DNA from: an uncultured delta proteobacterium
GTDB lineage: Bacteria > Myxococcota > Myxococcia > Myxococcales > Myxococcaceae
Direction: 5' to 3'
NCBI GenBank assembly: GCA_963771175.1
Contig: CAVYSY010000026.1
Location: 256,001-320,000 of the forward strand
Length of the DNA stretch: 64,000 nucleotides
Part shown: piece after piece, positions 31,865 to 43,207 of the stretch
Position numbering within the stretch: position 1 is the first letter of the stretch
Layout of the letters: every line of letters starts with the position of its first letter
Notes under the pieces: generated by a model
Seen by the model: only the letters and a program-made list of their open reading frames with translations
Told to the model about the DNA's origin: nothing
Database searches by the model: none
Position numbers and translations under genes: made by a program

Positions 31865-32110
31865 GCGTTCTCGCTGTGCTGTGTCAGGTGAGACGAAGGT
31901 TGCCAACCCATCAGGCGGCGGGGAATTCCCAGGCCGCCTGCCTGGACTCCATCCGCTGAGGGTCGCGCGCATGCTGCCCGAGCCGATCGCGCGACGTCCA
32001 CCCACCCCCCCGTGGACCCCTCCCCATTCCGTCTTGCGATACCCCTGCTTTTTCCCAAAAATACCGCCGCCCAGGGCGACCCAGGGCTTTCACTCGCGCG
32101 GAGCTGGCTC

Positions 32111-32890
32111 ATGAAGAGGTTGGAGAACAAGGTCGCCGTCATCACCGGCGGTGGCAGCGGGATTGGCGCGGCGACGGCGAAGCTGTTCCTGCAGGAGGGA
32201 GCCCGGGTGCTGATCGTGGGCCGCACCGAGGAGAAGCTCCGCAAGACGGTCCAAGAGCTCAACCACGAGAATCTCGGCTACGCGGTGGCGGACGTGTCGA
32301 AGGTCGACGACACGAAGCGCTACTTCCAGCTCGCGTCGGAGCGCTATGGCGGCATCGACGTGCTGGTGGGCAACGCGGGCGTCGAGGGCCCCTACATGCC
32401 CATCGACGAGCACTCCGTGGAGGACTTCGACCAGGTGATGGCCGTCAACGTGCGCGGCTGCTGGTTGTCCGTCAAATACGCGTTCCCCGAGATGCGCAAG
32501 CGCGGAGGCGGGAGCATCATCCTCACCTCGTCGGTCGTGGGTATCTCCTCGTTGCCGGCCAACTCGTCGTACACCGCCGCCAAGCACGCGGTGGTGGGCC
32601 TGGCGCGCTCGCTGGCGCATGACGGCGCGCCGTTCAACATCCGGGTGAACGCGGTGTGCCCGGGCGTCATCGACAACGCCATGACGGCGGCGATCCACAC
32701 GCGGCTCGCGCCCGGCAACGAGGATCAGGTGAAGGCCCGGATGGCCTCGCGCGTCCCCATGGGGCGCTACGGGACCAGCGAGGAGATCGCCCACCTGAAC
32801 CTCTTCCTCGCCAGTGACGAGAGCAGCTACAGCACGGGCGGGGTGTTCGTGGCGGACGGTGGCATGTCGGCCGGCCTCAGAGGCCGGTAA
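32111..32890 (+). CDS. Short-chain dehydrogenase/reductase
   Basis: TGGGSGIG, NAG, YTAAK, RVNAVCPG, ADGG. Confidence 0.94.
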   Translation: MKRLENKVAVITGGGSGIGAATAKLFLQEGARVLIVGRTEEKLRKTVQELNHENLGYAVADVSKVDDTKRYFQLASERYGGIDVLVGNAGVEGPYMPIDEHSVEDFDQVMAVNVRGCWLSVKYAFPEMRKRGGGSIILTSSVVGISSLPANSSYTAAKHAVVGLARSLAHDGAPFNIRVNAVCPGVIDNAMTAAIHTRLAPGNEDQVKARMASRVPMGRYGTSEEIAHLNLFLASDESSYSTGGVFVADGGMSAGLRGR

Positions 32891-32914
32891 CTCCCCCGGT
32901 CGCCGAGCGCGCGT

Positions 32915-33699
32915 CGAAGCCCCGGGCCAGGCGTCGGCGATCCTCCTGGTATCGCCGGAGCACCCACTGGCCCGCCGGCCGCGCCAGCACGGCGGCGCGC
33001 AGTCTCGGCGATGGCGGGCGGAACCACCTCGCCGGGCCGGAGCGCGTAGGGAGAGCCCTCCGGGGCGAGCAGCGGGCCGTAGAGCGACGCCGCGGCGAGG
33101 TCCGCGATCGACAGCGAGGAGCCGACCAGGTAGCGCGAGGGGTCCCCTTGAATCTCGCGCTCCAGCCGCTCGAGCCCCTCCAGCAGCTTCACCCGGGACT
33201 CTTCCACCTTCGGAGGGGTGAGCTGGTACTGGCGCCGGATGACCTGCTTGATGACGGGAAGCAGCGCGCGCCCGAGCAGCCGCAGCGGCGTGGGGAAACC
33301 GCCGAACATGAGCGGTGCGATGTCCGCGTTACCTGCGAAGAGGTGCGCATAAGCCCAGCGACGGACGTGCTTGCCGGCCGTCTCGTCGAAGTAGGCCTCC
33401 AGCTCGAGGACGCGCTCGCGCTCGGAGCCGGTGACAGGCACCAGGGCGGGAGTCGACGGGTAGGTGCGCTCCAGGTGCAGGGCGATTTCGGTGGAGTCCG
33501 CGACGACGACGCCCCTGTCCACCAGCACGGGCACGGTGCCACGACCGCCCTTGGTGAGGCGCTTCGTCACCATGCGGTGCGCGCCGGGCATCAGGTTCTC
33601 GATGTCGTAGGAGAGCCCCTTGGCATCGAGGTTCCAACGGGTCTTCTCGCAGTAGTGCGAGATGGGGAACTGGTAGAGCTTGCGTTCGGTCTGGGGCAT
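32915..33699 (-). CDS. Glutathione S-transferase family protein (3' indel, end approximate)
   Basis: LYQFPISHYCEKTRWNLD, TVPVLVD, DSTEIA, YLVGSSLSIADLAAAS. Confidence 0.88.
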
Positions 33700-33967
33700 G
33701 TCGGGAGCCTCGGGAGATAGCGCCGGGCGAGCATGCCGTTCTCACGCCCTCCGGTACAGCCGGCCGAGCCTCCACCCCGTCATCAACTCGCGGTGATGGA
33801 TTCGCGCCCATGACGAGGGGACCCTGGGGCTGTGCAGCCTCGTGCACGTCCTCGCGCGCCTGTCTTCGGGACTCCGGGGGTTTGCATGGAGGGCACGAGG
33901 GTTGCTCTGCTGCACCCGCGCCCGCCGCCGTGTGCAGCCGGGCACCCACTCAAAGGAACAATCCCCC

Positions 33968-34780
33968 ATGCGAATCCGCGCCTGCCTCACCCTTGCCCTC
34001 GCCGTCCTCGCCACCGCCTGCGATCGGGAACCGCCCACGAAGGAGGAGATCGAAGATGCCCGCGCGCGAGTGGATCTGGCCGTGCGCGCGGCCCACCAGG
34101 CGCGCATGGCGCTCGAGCTGCTCGGAATCCTTCCCGTCTACACCTGCGGCGAGCCCCGGCGCACCTTCGTGGGCAAGGCCGCCGAGGGCGCCCACACGAA
34201 GGTGGCCTGCGTCACCGCCACCGTCGAGTCCCAGGGCGACACCTCGGACGCGGTGGTGCTCTCCTTCCCCGAGAGCCAGTGCTCCGTGAACGGGCACACC
34301 GTGGTGGGACAGAGCGCCTTCCTCTACAACGGGGGCGAGGAGCGGATGGACCTCTTCGCCGATCTGAACGGGCTGAGGGTGGATGGCGAGCCGCTCCAGG
34401 CCAAGGTGGGATACGGCACCTGCGGCGACGAGAAGCGCTTCTGGACCGAGACCTTTGGCGAGCTGCCGGGCCGCTCCGGCAACAGCTACCGCGTGGACGG
34501 GCGCGTGGGCCTGCGCGAGGGCGCCCCCCTCTTCGGTAGCACCACGCTCGTGTTCGACGGGCCGGGCGAGGTGTCCGGGCCGCTGGGCACCGACCGCGTC
34601 ACCTTCACCGGGTTGCAGTACGAGGTGGGCGAGTACCTCCCCAAGGAGGGCGAGGCGCTCGTGGAGACCGCCAAGGGCCACCGGGTGAAGGTGAACTTCA
34701 GCTCGGTGCTCTGGCGCCTGGGCAAGGTGGAGGTGGAGATCGACGAGAAGGCCCCGGTGACGGTCCCCATCGTCCGCTGA
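33968..34780 (+). CDS. Hypothetical lipoprotein
   Basis: Lipobox LATAC after a hydrophobic stretch; AAGGA RBS; strong GC3 bias. Confidence 0.78.
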   Translation: MRIRACLTLALAVLATACDREPPTKEEIEDARARVDLAVRAAHQARMALELLGILPVYTCGEPRRTFVGKAAEGAHTKVACVTATVESQGDTSDAVVLSFPESQCSVNGHTVVGQSAFLYNGGEERMDLFADLNGLRVDGEPLQAKVGYGTCGDEKRFWTETFGELPGRSGNSYRVDGRVGLREGAPLFGSTTLVFDGPGEVSGPLGTDRVTFTGLQYEVGEYLPKEGEALVETAKGHRVKVNFSSVLWRLGKVEVEIDEKAPVTVPIVR

Positions 34781-34804
34781 GCCCGAAGTGATAGATTCGG
34801 CGGC

Positions 34805-35239
34805 ATGACCGCCCCCGATTCCCGCCCCGCCCCCGGCCTGCTCGCCCGTGCCCTCAAGACGGTCGGGCGGCTCACCAGCCCGGAGACCCGCTCGGGCCAG
34901 GCCTTCTCCAAGGCCGAGCAGGGTCTCACCCAGGTGGCCGCGCGCCTGGCCGAGAGTCCCACCTTCCTGCGCGTCAGCGGGGGGCTCATGCGCCGCGGCT
35001 TCACCCTGCAGATCCGCCGCGCTTCACTGATGGAGAAGACGCTGCACACGCTGCGCGTGCCCACCTCCTCCGAGGTCGAGACCCTGCGCGACCAGCTCCG
35101 CCGCATGGGCGACCAGGTGGAGGCGCTCGGCTCGCAGCTCGAGCACGTCGTCGAGCTGCTGGAGCGCCAGGAGCCGCCGCCGCCCACCGCCGACACGGCG
35201 CCCGTCCCCCGCCGCCGTCGGACCAGCTCCGCCAGGTAG
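34805..35239 (+). CDS. Short PhaE/PhaR-like PHA synthase partner subunit
   Basis: LHTLRVPTSSEVETLRDQLRRMGDQVEAL resembles the PhaE C-terminal LxxPTxxE coiled coil; directly upstream of phaC-like gene. Confidence 0.6.
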   Translation: MTAPDSRPAPGLLARALKTVGRLTSPETRSGQAFSKAEQGLTQVAARLAESPTFLRVSGGLMRRGFTLQIRRASLMEKTLHTLRVPTSSEVETLRDQLRRMGDQVEALGSQLEHVVELLERQEPPPPTADTAPVPRRRRTSSAR

Positions 35240-35278
35240 GTCTCTGGCCCCCATGTCGCCCCTCCCCGGAGTTCTCTC

Positions 35279-36416
35279 GTGAATCGGCCCGCCCAAGCCT
35301 TCCAGCGAATCCGCTCGATCGTGTCGTCGCAGGTGGACGTCTCGCGCTCGCTCGCCCAGGCGCTGCAAGAGCGCTCCATCAACCCGTACCCGTACCTCAA
35401 GCCCATCATCGAGAAGGCGGCCAACGTCCGCGAGCCGCCCATCAGCGCCACCCCGCACTCGGTGGTGCACACGCGCGGCCCCATGCGGCTGTTGCGCTAC
35501 GCCGCGCCCCGGCGGCGTTACCGGACGCCCATCCTCTTCATCTACTCGCTCATCAACCGCTGGTACATCCTCGACTTCCTGCCCGGCCGCAGCCTCATCG
35601 AGTACCTCACCCAGGAGGGCTATCGACGTCTACGCCATCGACTGGGGCATCGCCGGGCCGGACGAGCACCGTCTCACCCTGAGCGAGCTGCTCGGCGGCC
35701 ATATCCGCACCGCCGTGCGCTGGACGCAGCGCGTGAGTGGCAGCGACGACGTGACGCTCTACGGCTACTGCATGGGCGGCACCATGGCGCTGGCCTACAC
35801 CTCGCTCTACCCCGAGGGCGTGCGCAACCTCGTGGTGCAGGCCACCCCGGTGGACTTCAGCAAGGGCGGCATCTACTCGCTGTGGACGCTGCCGCGGCAC
35901 TTCGACGTGGACTCGCTGGTGGACGCCTACGGCAACGTGCCCACCTACGTGCTGGAGAGCGGCTTCTTCATGGCGGGGCCCGTGCAGCGCATCACCAAGT
36001 GGCTCGACGTCTGCCGGCAGATCGACGACCCGGGCTTCGTCACCACCTTCCTCGCGCTGGAGCGCTGGGGCGCGGACCCGGTGCCCTTCCCGGGCGAGGT
36101 CTACCGGCAGTACATGAAGGACTGCTACCAGCAGAACCTCTTCTGCCAGAACCGCATGGAGGTGGGGGGCGAGCGCGTGGACCTGGGCCGCATCCGGTGC
36201 CCCGTGCTCAACATCATCGCGGAGCACGACAACATCGCCCCGCCGGCCATGAGCGAGCCGCTGCTGGAGCTGCTGGTGGGCACGAAGGACCGCGAGACGA
36301 TGCGCTTCCCGGTGGGCCACATCGGCCTGTCGGCATCCAGCAAGGCCCCGGTGAAGGTGTGGCCGCGCATCTCCGCGTGGATGGGCCGGCGTTCGCAGTC
36401 GATGACTGGAGGGAGA
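35279..36416 (+). CDS. phaC: Class III/IV-type PHA synthase PhaC-like protein (indel near 35620; no own stop as read)
   Basis: PILFIYSLINRWYILD, DVYAIDWG, PhaC box GYCMGG, AEHDNIAPP Asp, VGHIG His, VWPRISAW. Confidence 0.78.
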
Positions 36417-37316
36417 ATGAACGTGGCGAGGGTTCAGGAGGCGGGGCCTCAGGTGCGGGAGGGCTCCATCCGGCTGCGCGATGGGCGCCGGCTGGCGTAC
36501 GTCGAGGCGGGGGACCTGGAGGGGACGCCGGTCATCTTCATCCATGGCAACCCCGGCTCGCGCTACATGCGGCACCCGGATGACCGGCTCACGTACAACC
36601 TGGGCGTGCGGCTCATCACCCCGGATCGCCCGGGCTATGGGCTGTCGGAATTCCAGCGGGGACGCACCCTGCTGGACATGCCGGCGGACATCGAGCAACT
36701 GGCCAACGCGCTGGGCCTGGGCCGCTTCGCCGTCATGGGCGTGTCCGCGGGAGGACCCTACGTGGCGGCCTGCGCGTACCGTCTGGGCGAGCGGCTCACG
36801 GGTGCGGCCATCATCTCCGGCTCCGCGCCCTTCAACCGCTCCGGGGCCGTGGAGGGCGTCAACCGGGACTACCGCACCGCCTACGCGATGGCCACCTGGC
36901 CCCACTGGCTGCTGGAGCCGATCATGACGCTGCACGACCGGACCGTGCGCCGCCGGCCGGACCGGGCCTTCGCCGCGGTGCTTGAGCACTGCTCGGCCGA
37001 TGACCGGGCCGTGCTGTCGGATCCGCTCATCGGCGCCCAGGTGCAGAACTTCCGCACCGAGGCCACGCGACAGGGAGTGCATGGCATGGCGAGAGAGGCC
37101 CGGCTACTCACCATGCCCTGGGGCTTCCCACTCGGAGACATCCGCGTGCCGGTGCACCTCTGGTACTGGGAGGGAGACACCATCGTGCCGCAGCAGATGG
37201 GGCGCTACCTGCACGCGCGCATCCCGAACACGGTGCCCCACTTCCTGCCCGGCGGAGGACACTTCTCCATCTATACGCACTGGAGGGACATCCTCACGGC
37301 GCTGGTGCGTGGCTGA
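36417..37316 (+). CDS. Alpha/beta hydrolase
   Basis: HGNPGSR, PDRPGYGLS, GVSAGG nucleophile, GGHF; GGAGGG RBS before ATG 36417. Confidence 0.88.
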   Translation: MNVARVQEAGPQVREGSIRLRDGRRLAYVEAGDLEGTPVIFIHGNPGSRYMRHPDDRLTYNLGVRLITPDRPGYGLSEFQRGRTLLDMPADIEQLANALGLGRFAVMGVSAGGPYVAACAYRLGERLTGAAIISGSAPFNRSGAVEGVNRDYRTAYAMATWPHWLLEPIMTLHDRTVRRRPDRAFAAVLEHCSADDRAVLSDPLIGAQVQNFRTEATRQGVHGMAREARLLTMPWGFPLGDIRVPVHLWYWEGDTIVPQQMGRYLHARIPNTVPHFLPGGGHFSIYTHWRDILTALVRG

Positions 37317-37346
37317 CGGGAACCGGGGCGCGGTTCCGCTTCCTCC

Positions 37347-38648
<1,302 letters not shown>

Positions 38649-38653
38649 TCCTT

Positions 38654-38678
38654 TCCCTGGAGACCAGGCCTCCAGGGA
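38654..38678. terminator. Hairpin after the aminotransferase gene
   Basis: TCCCTGGAG-N7-CTCCAGGGA. Confidence 0.55.
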
Positions 38679-39106
38679 GGCACTGCTTCGGCGGTACGGC
38701 GGGTGCTGGTTCGAGCTGCGGCGGCGTCACGATTCAAGCCCATCACGGCTCCACGCGTCGGCTCCGCCGCGCTCACAAGCCTCAGCGGGGCAACTCCATT
38801 TTGGTGGGTGGCATGAGAGGTGCCCTGCGGGCTCGTGGGGCATGACCGCCGCGAGCCGCCTGCTGGAGGCCCACGGCCGACGCTGGAACGAGGGCTGAGT
38901 CCGAGAGTGGACATGGGGTCACTCGCATGAGGAGGGGGCAGGCGGCCCCCCGGAGTGTGTCCGGGCCCCGCCCCTGCCCCGCAGTCCGTCACATCCCGAG
39001 ACCCCACCCTCCACCTTCGCAGCAGGAGGCGGAAGCTCGGAATGACTGGGACGCAGCAGCCTCCTGAGCAGCACTCGGTCCCGCTAAACCAGGAGCAACC
39101 AAGACC

Positions 39107-40600
39107 ATGTTGCACGGTGAAACCCACGTCCGCGGTGTCGATCCGCACCAACTGCAGTCTCCTCTCCAATCGCAGTTTCACGCCCGGGGGCGCTTCGGCC
39201 GACTCTTTCCGGGACTACCGGCATTCGCTCCCGACAATCCGGTGATCCAGGGGAAGCTCATGGATCTCGGTGCCGCTGGCGGACCGATGGACGGCACCAC
39301 CGCCGAGCTCAACCCCGACAACCTGAAGATCCCCGCGGGCTTCACGTTCCTCGGGCAGTTCCTCGACCACGACCTGACGTTCGACCCGACCTCCAGCCTG
39401 GAGCGGCAGAACGACCCGGAGGCCCTCGAGAACTTCCGCACGCCGTCGTTCGAGCTGGACCACGTGTACGCATCCGGCCCCCGGGCCTCACGCCACCTCT
39501 ACGACGTCAACGACCCGGACAAGTTCCTCGTCGAGAAGCTCGGTGGGCCGGACTCGCAGGATGACCTGCCGCGCAACAGCCAGAATACCGGGCTCATCGG
39601 CGACCCGCGCAACGACGAGAACGTCATCGTCTCGCAGCTCCACGTCGCGTTCCTGAAGTTCCACAACGCGCTCGTCAACCAACTGCGCGCCGACGGCATC
39701 GACAAGTCGCAGGTCTTCGCCCAGGCCCAGCGGATGACGCGCTGGCACTACCAGTGGATCATCGTCAACGAGTTCCTCCCGCTCATCGCCGGGGAGTCGG
39801 TGGTGAAGGACGTGCTGCGCATGCACCCGCGTGATCGGCTCTACCAGTGGAGGAACGAGCCCTTCATCCCGGTGGAGTTCTCGGTCGCGGCCTACCGCTT
39901 CGGGCACAGCCAGGTGCGCCCGGGCTACCGGCTCAACAACTCCTTCATCAACCCGGCCCCCGCCGGGCCGGGCTTCGCCGCGGGCTTCTTCGGCCCCACC
40001 GCCGAGCCTCCGCTCGACGATCCGAACGACCTGCGCGGAGGCAAGCGCGCCCCGCGGCGGTTCGTGGAGTGGGAGAACTTCTTCTCCGCCGGAGACCCCG
40101 CTCGGCGCCAGAACAGCAAGAAGCTCGACACCCGGCTGTCCTCCCCGCTCTTCGTGATGCCCGCGGGGGCGCCGGGCACGCTGGGCGCGGCGGACGCGGG
40201 CACGGCCAAGAACCCCGTCTCGCTCGCGCAGCGCAACTTGCTGCGGAGCCTCGCCTTCAGCCTGCCCTCGGGTCAGGCCATGGCCCAGCGGGTAGGCGTC
40301 AAGGTCCTGAAGCCCGACGTGTTCGAGGACCTGAGGACGATCAGCCCCGGGTTCGACCGCGCCACCCCGCCCTGGTTCTACATGCTGCGCGAGGCGAGCG
40401 AGCTCAACAAGGGCGAGCGGCTCGGCCCCTTGGGAGCGCGCATCGTGGCCGAGGTCTTCATCGGCGTGCTCCAGGGCGACCGGTTCTCGTTCCTCAACGC
40501 CAACCCGAACTGGAGGCCGGAGCTCGGCAACGACAAGGGCGAGTTCTCCATCGTGGACCTGCTGAGGATCGCTGGCGCCAGGCTGACCGCGAACGGCTAG
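39107..40600 (+). CDS. Heme peroxidase (peroxidase-cyclooxygenase superfamily)
   Basis: GQFLDHD distal His, GDPRNDEN, RWHYQW, AAYRFGHSQVR proximal His, RLGPLGARIVAEVF; AGGAG RBS. Confidence 0.92.
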   Translation: MLHGETHVRGVDPHQLQSPLQSQFHARGRFGRLFPGLPAFAPDNPVIQGKLMDLGAAGGPMDGTTAELNPDNLKIPAGFTFLGQFLDHDLTFDPTSSLERQNDPEALENFRTPSFELDHVYASGPRASRHLYDVNDPDKFLVEKLGGPDSQDDLPRNSQNTGLIGDPRNDENVIVSQLHVAFLKFHNALVNQLRADGIDKSQVFAQAQRMTRWHYQWIIVNEFLPLIAGESVVKDVLRMHPRDRLYQWRNEPFIPVEFSVAAYRFGHSQVRPGYRLNNSFINPAPAGPGFAAGFFGPTAEPPLDDPNDLRGGKRAPRRFVEWENFFSAGDPARRQNSKKLDTRLSSPLFVMPAGAPGTLGAADAGTAKNPVSLAQRNLLRSLAFSLPSGQAMAQRVGVKVLKPDVFEDLRTISPGFDRATPPWFYMLREASELNKGERLGPLGARIVAEVFIGVLQGDRFSFLNANPNWRPELGNDKGEFSIVDLLRIAGARLTANG

Positions 40601-40617
40601 CCCAACGCCCCCTGACC

Positions 40618-40644
40618 GGGGCCCCCCACGAGGGGGGCCCCTTT
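40618..40644 (+). terminator. Rho-independent terminator-like hairpin
   Basis: GGGGCCCCCC-ACGA-GGGGGGCCCC followed by TTT. Confidence 0.6.
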
Positions 40645-40731
40645 CCATCGACTGGAGCAGGACGGATCATGTACGCACTCGAGCCCAGCCCCCCCTCGTC
40701 GATGCCGCACCGGAGCGGCGAGGCCCGCGCG

Positions 40732-41985
40732 ATGGAACTGCTGTGCATCGGCCTGTCCTACCGGACGGCGCCCGTGTCCATGCGCGAGCGGCTGGTGATG
40801 TCCGAGGAGCGGCGGACGGAGCTGCTGCGCGGGCTCGGGGAGGCGCCCACCGAGGCGCTGCTCATCTCCACCTGCAACCGGGTGGAGCTGTACCTGGCGG
40901 CGCCGGACGGGGCCCAGGCCCGCCAGCGCGCCCTGGAGGAGTTGAACCGGCTGGGAGGCCCCGAGGTGCTCGACCATCTGTACGAGCACCAGGGCGAGGC
41001 CGCGGTGACGCATCTCTTCCGGGTGGCCTCCAGCCTGGACTCCATGGTGCTGGGCGAGGCGCAGGTGTTGGGGCAGGTGAAGGACGCCCTGGAGCGGAGC
41101 CTGGCGGCGGGCACGGTGCGCGGCGAGCTGTCGCGCATGTTCGCCGCGGCCTTCCGGTGCGCCAAGCGGGTACGCACGGATACGGCCATCGGCATGGCGG
41201 CCACGTCCATGGCGAGCGCGGCCGTGTCCCTCGCCCGAACGGCCCACTGTGGGCTGGAGGGCAAGACGGTGCTGCTGGTGGGCGCGGGCGAGATGGCGGA
41301 ATTGGCGGCGCGGCACCTGGTGCAGGCACGGGCGGGCCGCATCCTGGTGGTCAACCGCACCCTGTCGCGCGCCGAGTCCCTGGCGGCCAGGGTGGGCGGC
41401 ACCGCGCGGCCCTTCGAGGAGCTGTTCTCGCTGCTCGCCACCACGGATGTGGTGGTGAGCGCCACCTCCTCGCCGGTGCCCCTCTTCACCCGCGAGAACA
41501 TGGCGGCGGTGCTCGAGGCGCGCGCGCACCGGCCCCTCGTCATGATGGACCTGGCCGTGCCGCACGACATCGCTCCCGAGGTCGGCGAGCTGGCGGGGGT
41601 GCGCATCCGTGACGTGGACGACCTCCAGCGGTTCGTGGCCGGCAACGAGGCGGCCCGCGCCGAGGCGGCCCGGAAGGCCGACGTGCTGGTGGCCGAGGAG
41701 GTGGCCCGTTTCGTGCGCGACCGGGCCGTGCGCGACGGGGTGCCCGTCCTCGCCCGGCTGCGCCAGCGCGCCGACGCCATCGCTCGCGCCGAAGTGGAGC
41801 GCACGCTCGCCACCCTCGGCGAGGGGCTCTCCGACAAGCAGCGCAAGAGTGTCGAGGCCATGGCGCGCGCCATCATCAACAAGCTGCTGCACGAGCCCAC
41901 GGCCCGGCTGCGGGCGTCAGGCGCCGAGCACGAGGACGCCCAGCTCGCGCGGACCGCCGCGGAACTCTTCGGCCTGCTCGGGTGA
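40732..41985 (+). CDS. hemA: Glutamyl-tRNA reductase
   Basis: GLSYRTAPV, STCNRVE catalytic Cys, SLDSMVLGEAQVLGQVK, GAGEMA, DLAVPHDI, NKLLHEPT. Confidence 0.93.
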   Translation: MELLCIGLSYRTAPVSMRERLVMSEERRTELLRGLGEAPTEALLISTCNRVELYLAAPDGAQARQRALEELNRLGGPEVLDHLYEHQGEAAVTHLFRVASSLDSMVLGEAQVLGQVKDALERSLAAGTVRGELSRMFAAAFRCAKRVRTDTAIGMAATSMASAAVSLARTAHCGLEGKTVLLVGAGEMAELAARHLVQARAGRILVVNRTLSRAESLAARVGGTARPFEELFSLLATTDVVVSATSSPVPLFTRENMAAVLEARAHRPLVMMDLAVPHDIAPEVGELAGVRIRDVDDLQRFVAGNEAARAEAARKADVLVAEEVARFVRDRAVRDGVPVLARLRQRADAIARAEVERTLATLGEGLSDKQRKSVEAMARAIINKLLHEPTARLRASGAEHEDAQLARTAAELFGLLG

Positions 41986-42013
41986 GGGTAGAATCCCGCC
42001 CGAGAGGAACTCC

Positions 42014-43195
42014 ATGTCGACGACAGCCAACCCCGCTCCGGGCACCGGGCACCACCACGTCCTCATCGCCGGAGGAGGCATCGGCGGGCTCACGCTGGCC
42101 TGCGCGCTCCGCCGGGCCGGCATCCGCGCCACCGTCTTCGAGCGCGCCGAGGTCCTGCGTCCGGTGGGCGCGGGCATCACGGTGCAGATGAATGCCATGG
42201 CCGCCCTGCGCACCCTCGGGCTGGCCGACGAGGTGGCCGCGGCAGGTGCCACCTTCAACGCGGGAGACATGCGCCAGCCCTCCGGCAAGGTCCTCACGCA
42301 CTTCACCTTCGACGCGCTCCAGCGGGAGTTCGGCGTCCCGGTCATCGGAATCCACCGGGCGCGACTCCAGGCGGTGCTGCTCGCCCACGCCGGGGAGGAG
42401 CACGTCCACACGGGTCGCGCGGTGACGGCCGTCCACGATGACGGCCAGCAGGTGACGGTCGAGCTGTCGGACGGGAGCACCGCCACGGGAGACGTCCTGG
42501 TGGGCGCCGACGGACTGCACTCGGTGGTGCGCCGTGCGGTGCTCGGGGACACGCCACTGCGCTACTCGGGCTACACGAGCTGTCGCGGCATCACGCGGGC
42601 CGTTTCGCTCGTCGAGAACCCGGGCCACAACTGGGAGACGTGGGGCGCTGGTGCCCGCTTCGGCATCGTCCACATCGGGCACGGGGAGATCTACTGGTTC
42701 TGCACCTGGAACACGCCGGCTGGCGGCAAGAACGAGCCCGGCCGGGCCCAGGCGCGGCTGCTGGAGCTCTTCGGCGGCTGGCACGCCCCCATCCCGGGCC
42801 TCATCCAGTCCACCCCCGAGGAGAACATCATCCGCACGGACATCAACGACCGTGTCCCCGTGGAGCGCTGGAGCCAGGGCCGGGTGACGCTGCTGGGGGA
42901 CGCCGCGCACCCGATGACGCCCAACATGGGCCAGGGCGGCTGCCAGGCCATCGAGGACGCCGTGGTGCTCGCCGGCTGTCTGGCCCGGGAGGCGGAAGTT
43001 CCCGCGGCGCTCGCCGCGTACGAGCAGCGCCGCATCAAGCGCGCCAACGGCTTCGTGTCGCAGTCCTTCCAGCTCGGGCGCGCCGGCCAGATGGAGAACT
43101 CGGCCGGACGGTTCGTGCGCGACACGCTCACCCGGCTCGTGCCGACGAGTCTCACCGCCCGCCAGGTGCGGGCCGTGATGGACTTCACGCCCTGA
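42014..43195 (+). CDS. FAD-dependent monooxygenase, paralog of 1475..2650
   Basis: GGGIGG, GADGLHS, GDAAHPMTPNMGQGG; GAGG RBS. Confidence 0.93.
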   Translation: MSTTANPAPGTGHHHVLIAGGGIGGLTLACALRRAGIRATVFERAEVLRPVGAGITVQMNAMAALRTLGLADEVAAAGATFNAGDMRQPSGKVLTHFTFDALQREFGVPVIGIHRARLQAVLLAHAGEEHVHTGRAVTAVHDDGQQVTVELSDGSTATGDVLVGADGLHSVVRRAVLGDTPLRYSGYTSCRGITRAVSLVENPGHNWETWGAGARFGIVHIGHGEIYWFCTWNTPAGGKNEPGRAQARLLELFGGWHAPIPGLIQSTPEENIIRTDINDRVPVERWSQGRVTLLGDAAHPMTPNMGQGGCQAIEDAVVLAGCLAREAEVPAALAAYEQRRIKRANGFVSQSFQLGRAGQMENSAGRFVRDTLTRLVPTSLTARQVRAVMDFTP

Positions 43196-43207
43196 GCCGC
43201 GGACGCC

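Noticed and set aside
39847..41985. 712-aa ORF with a long N-terminal extension on HemA
   Set aside because: The extension is an alternative frame of the peroxidase gene and crosses a terminator; HemA starts at 40732
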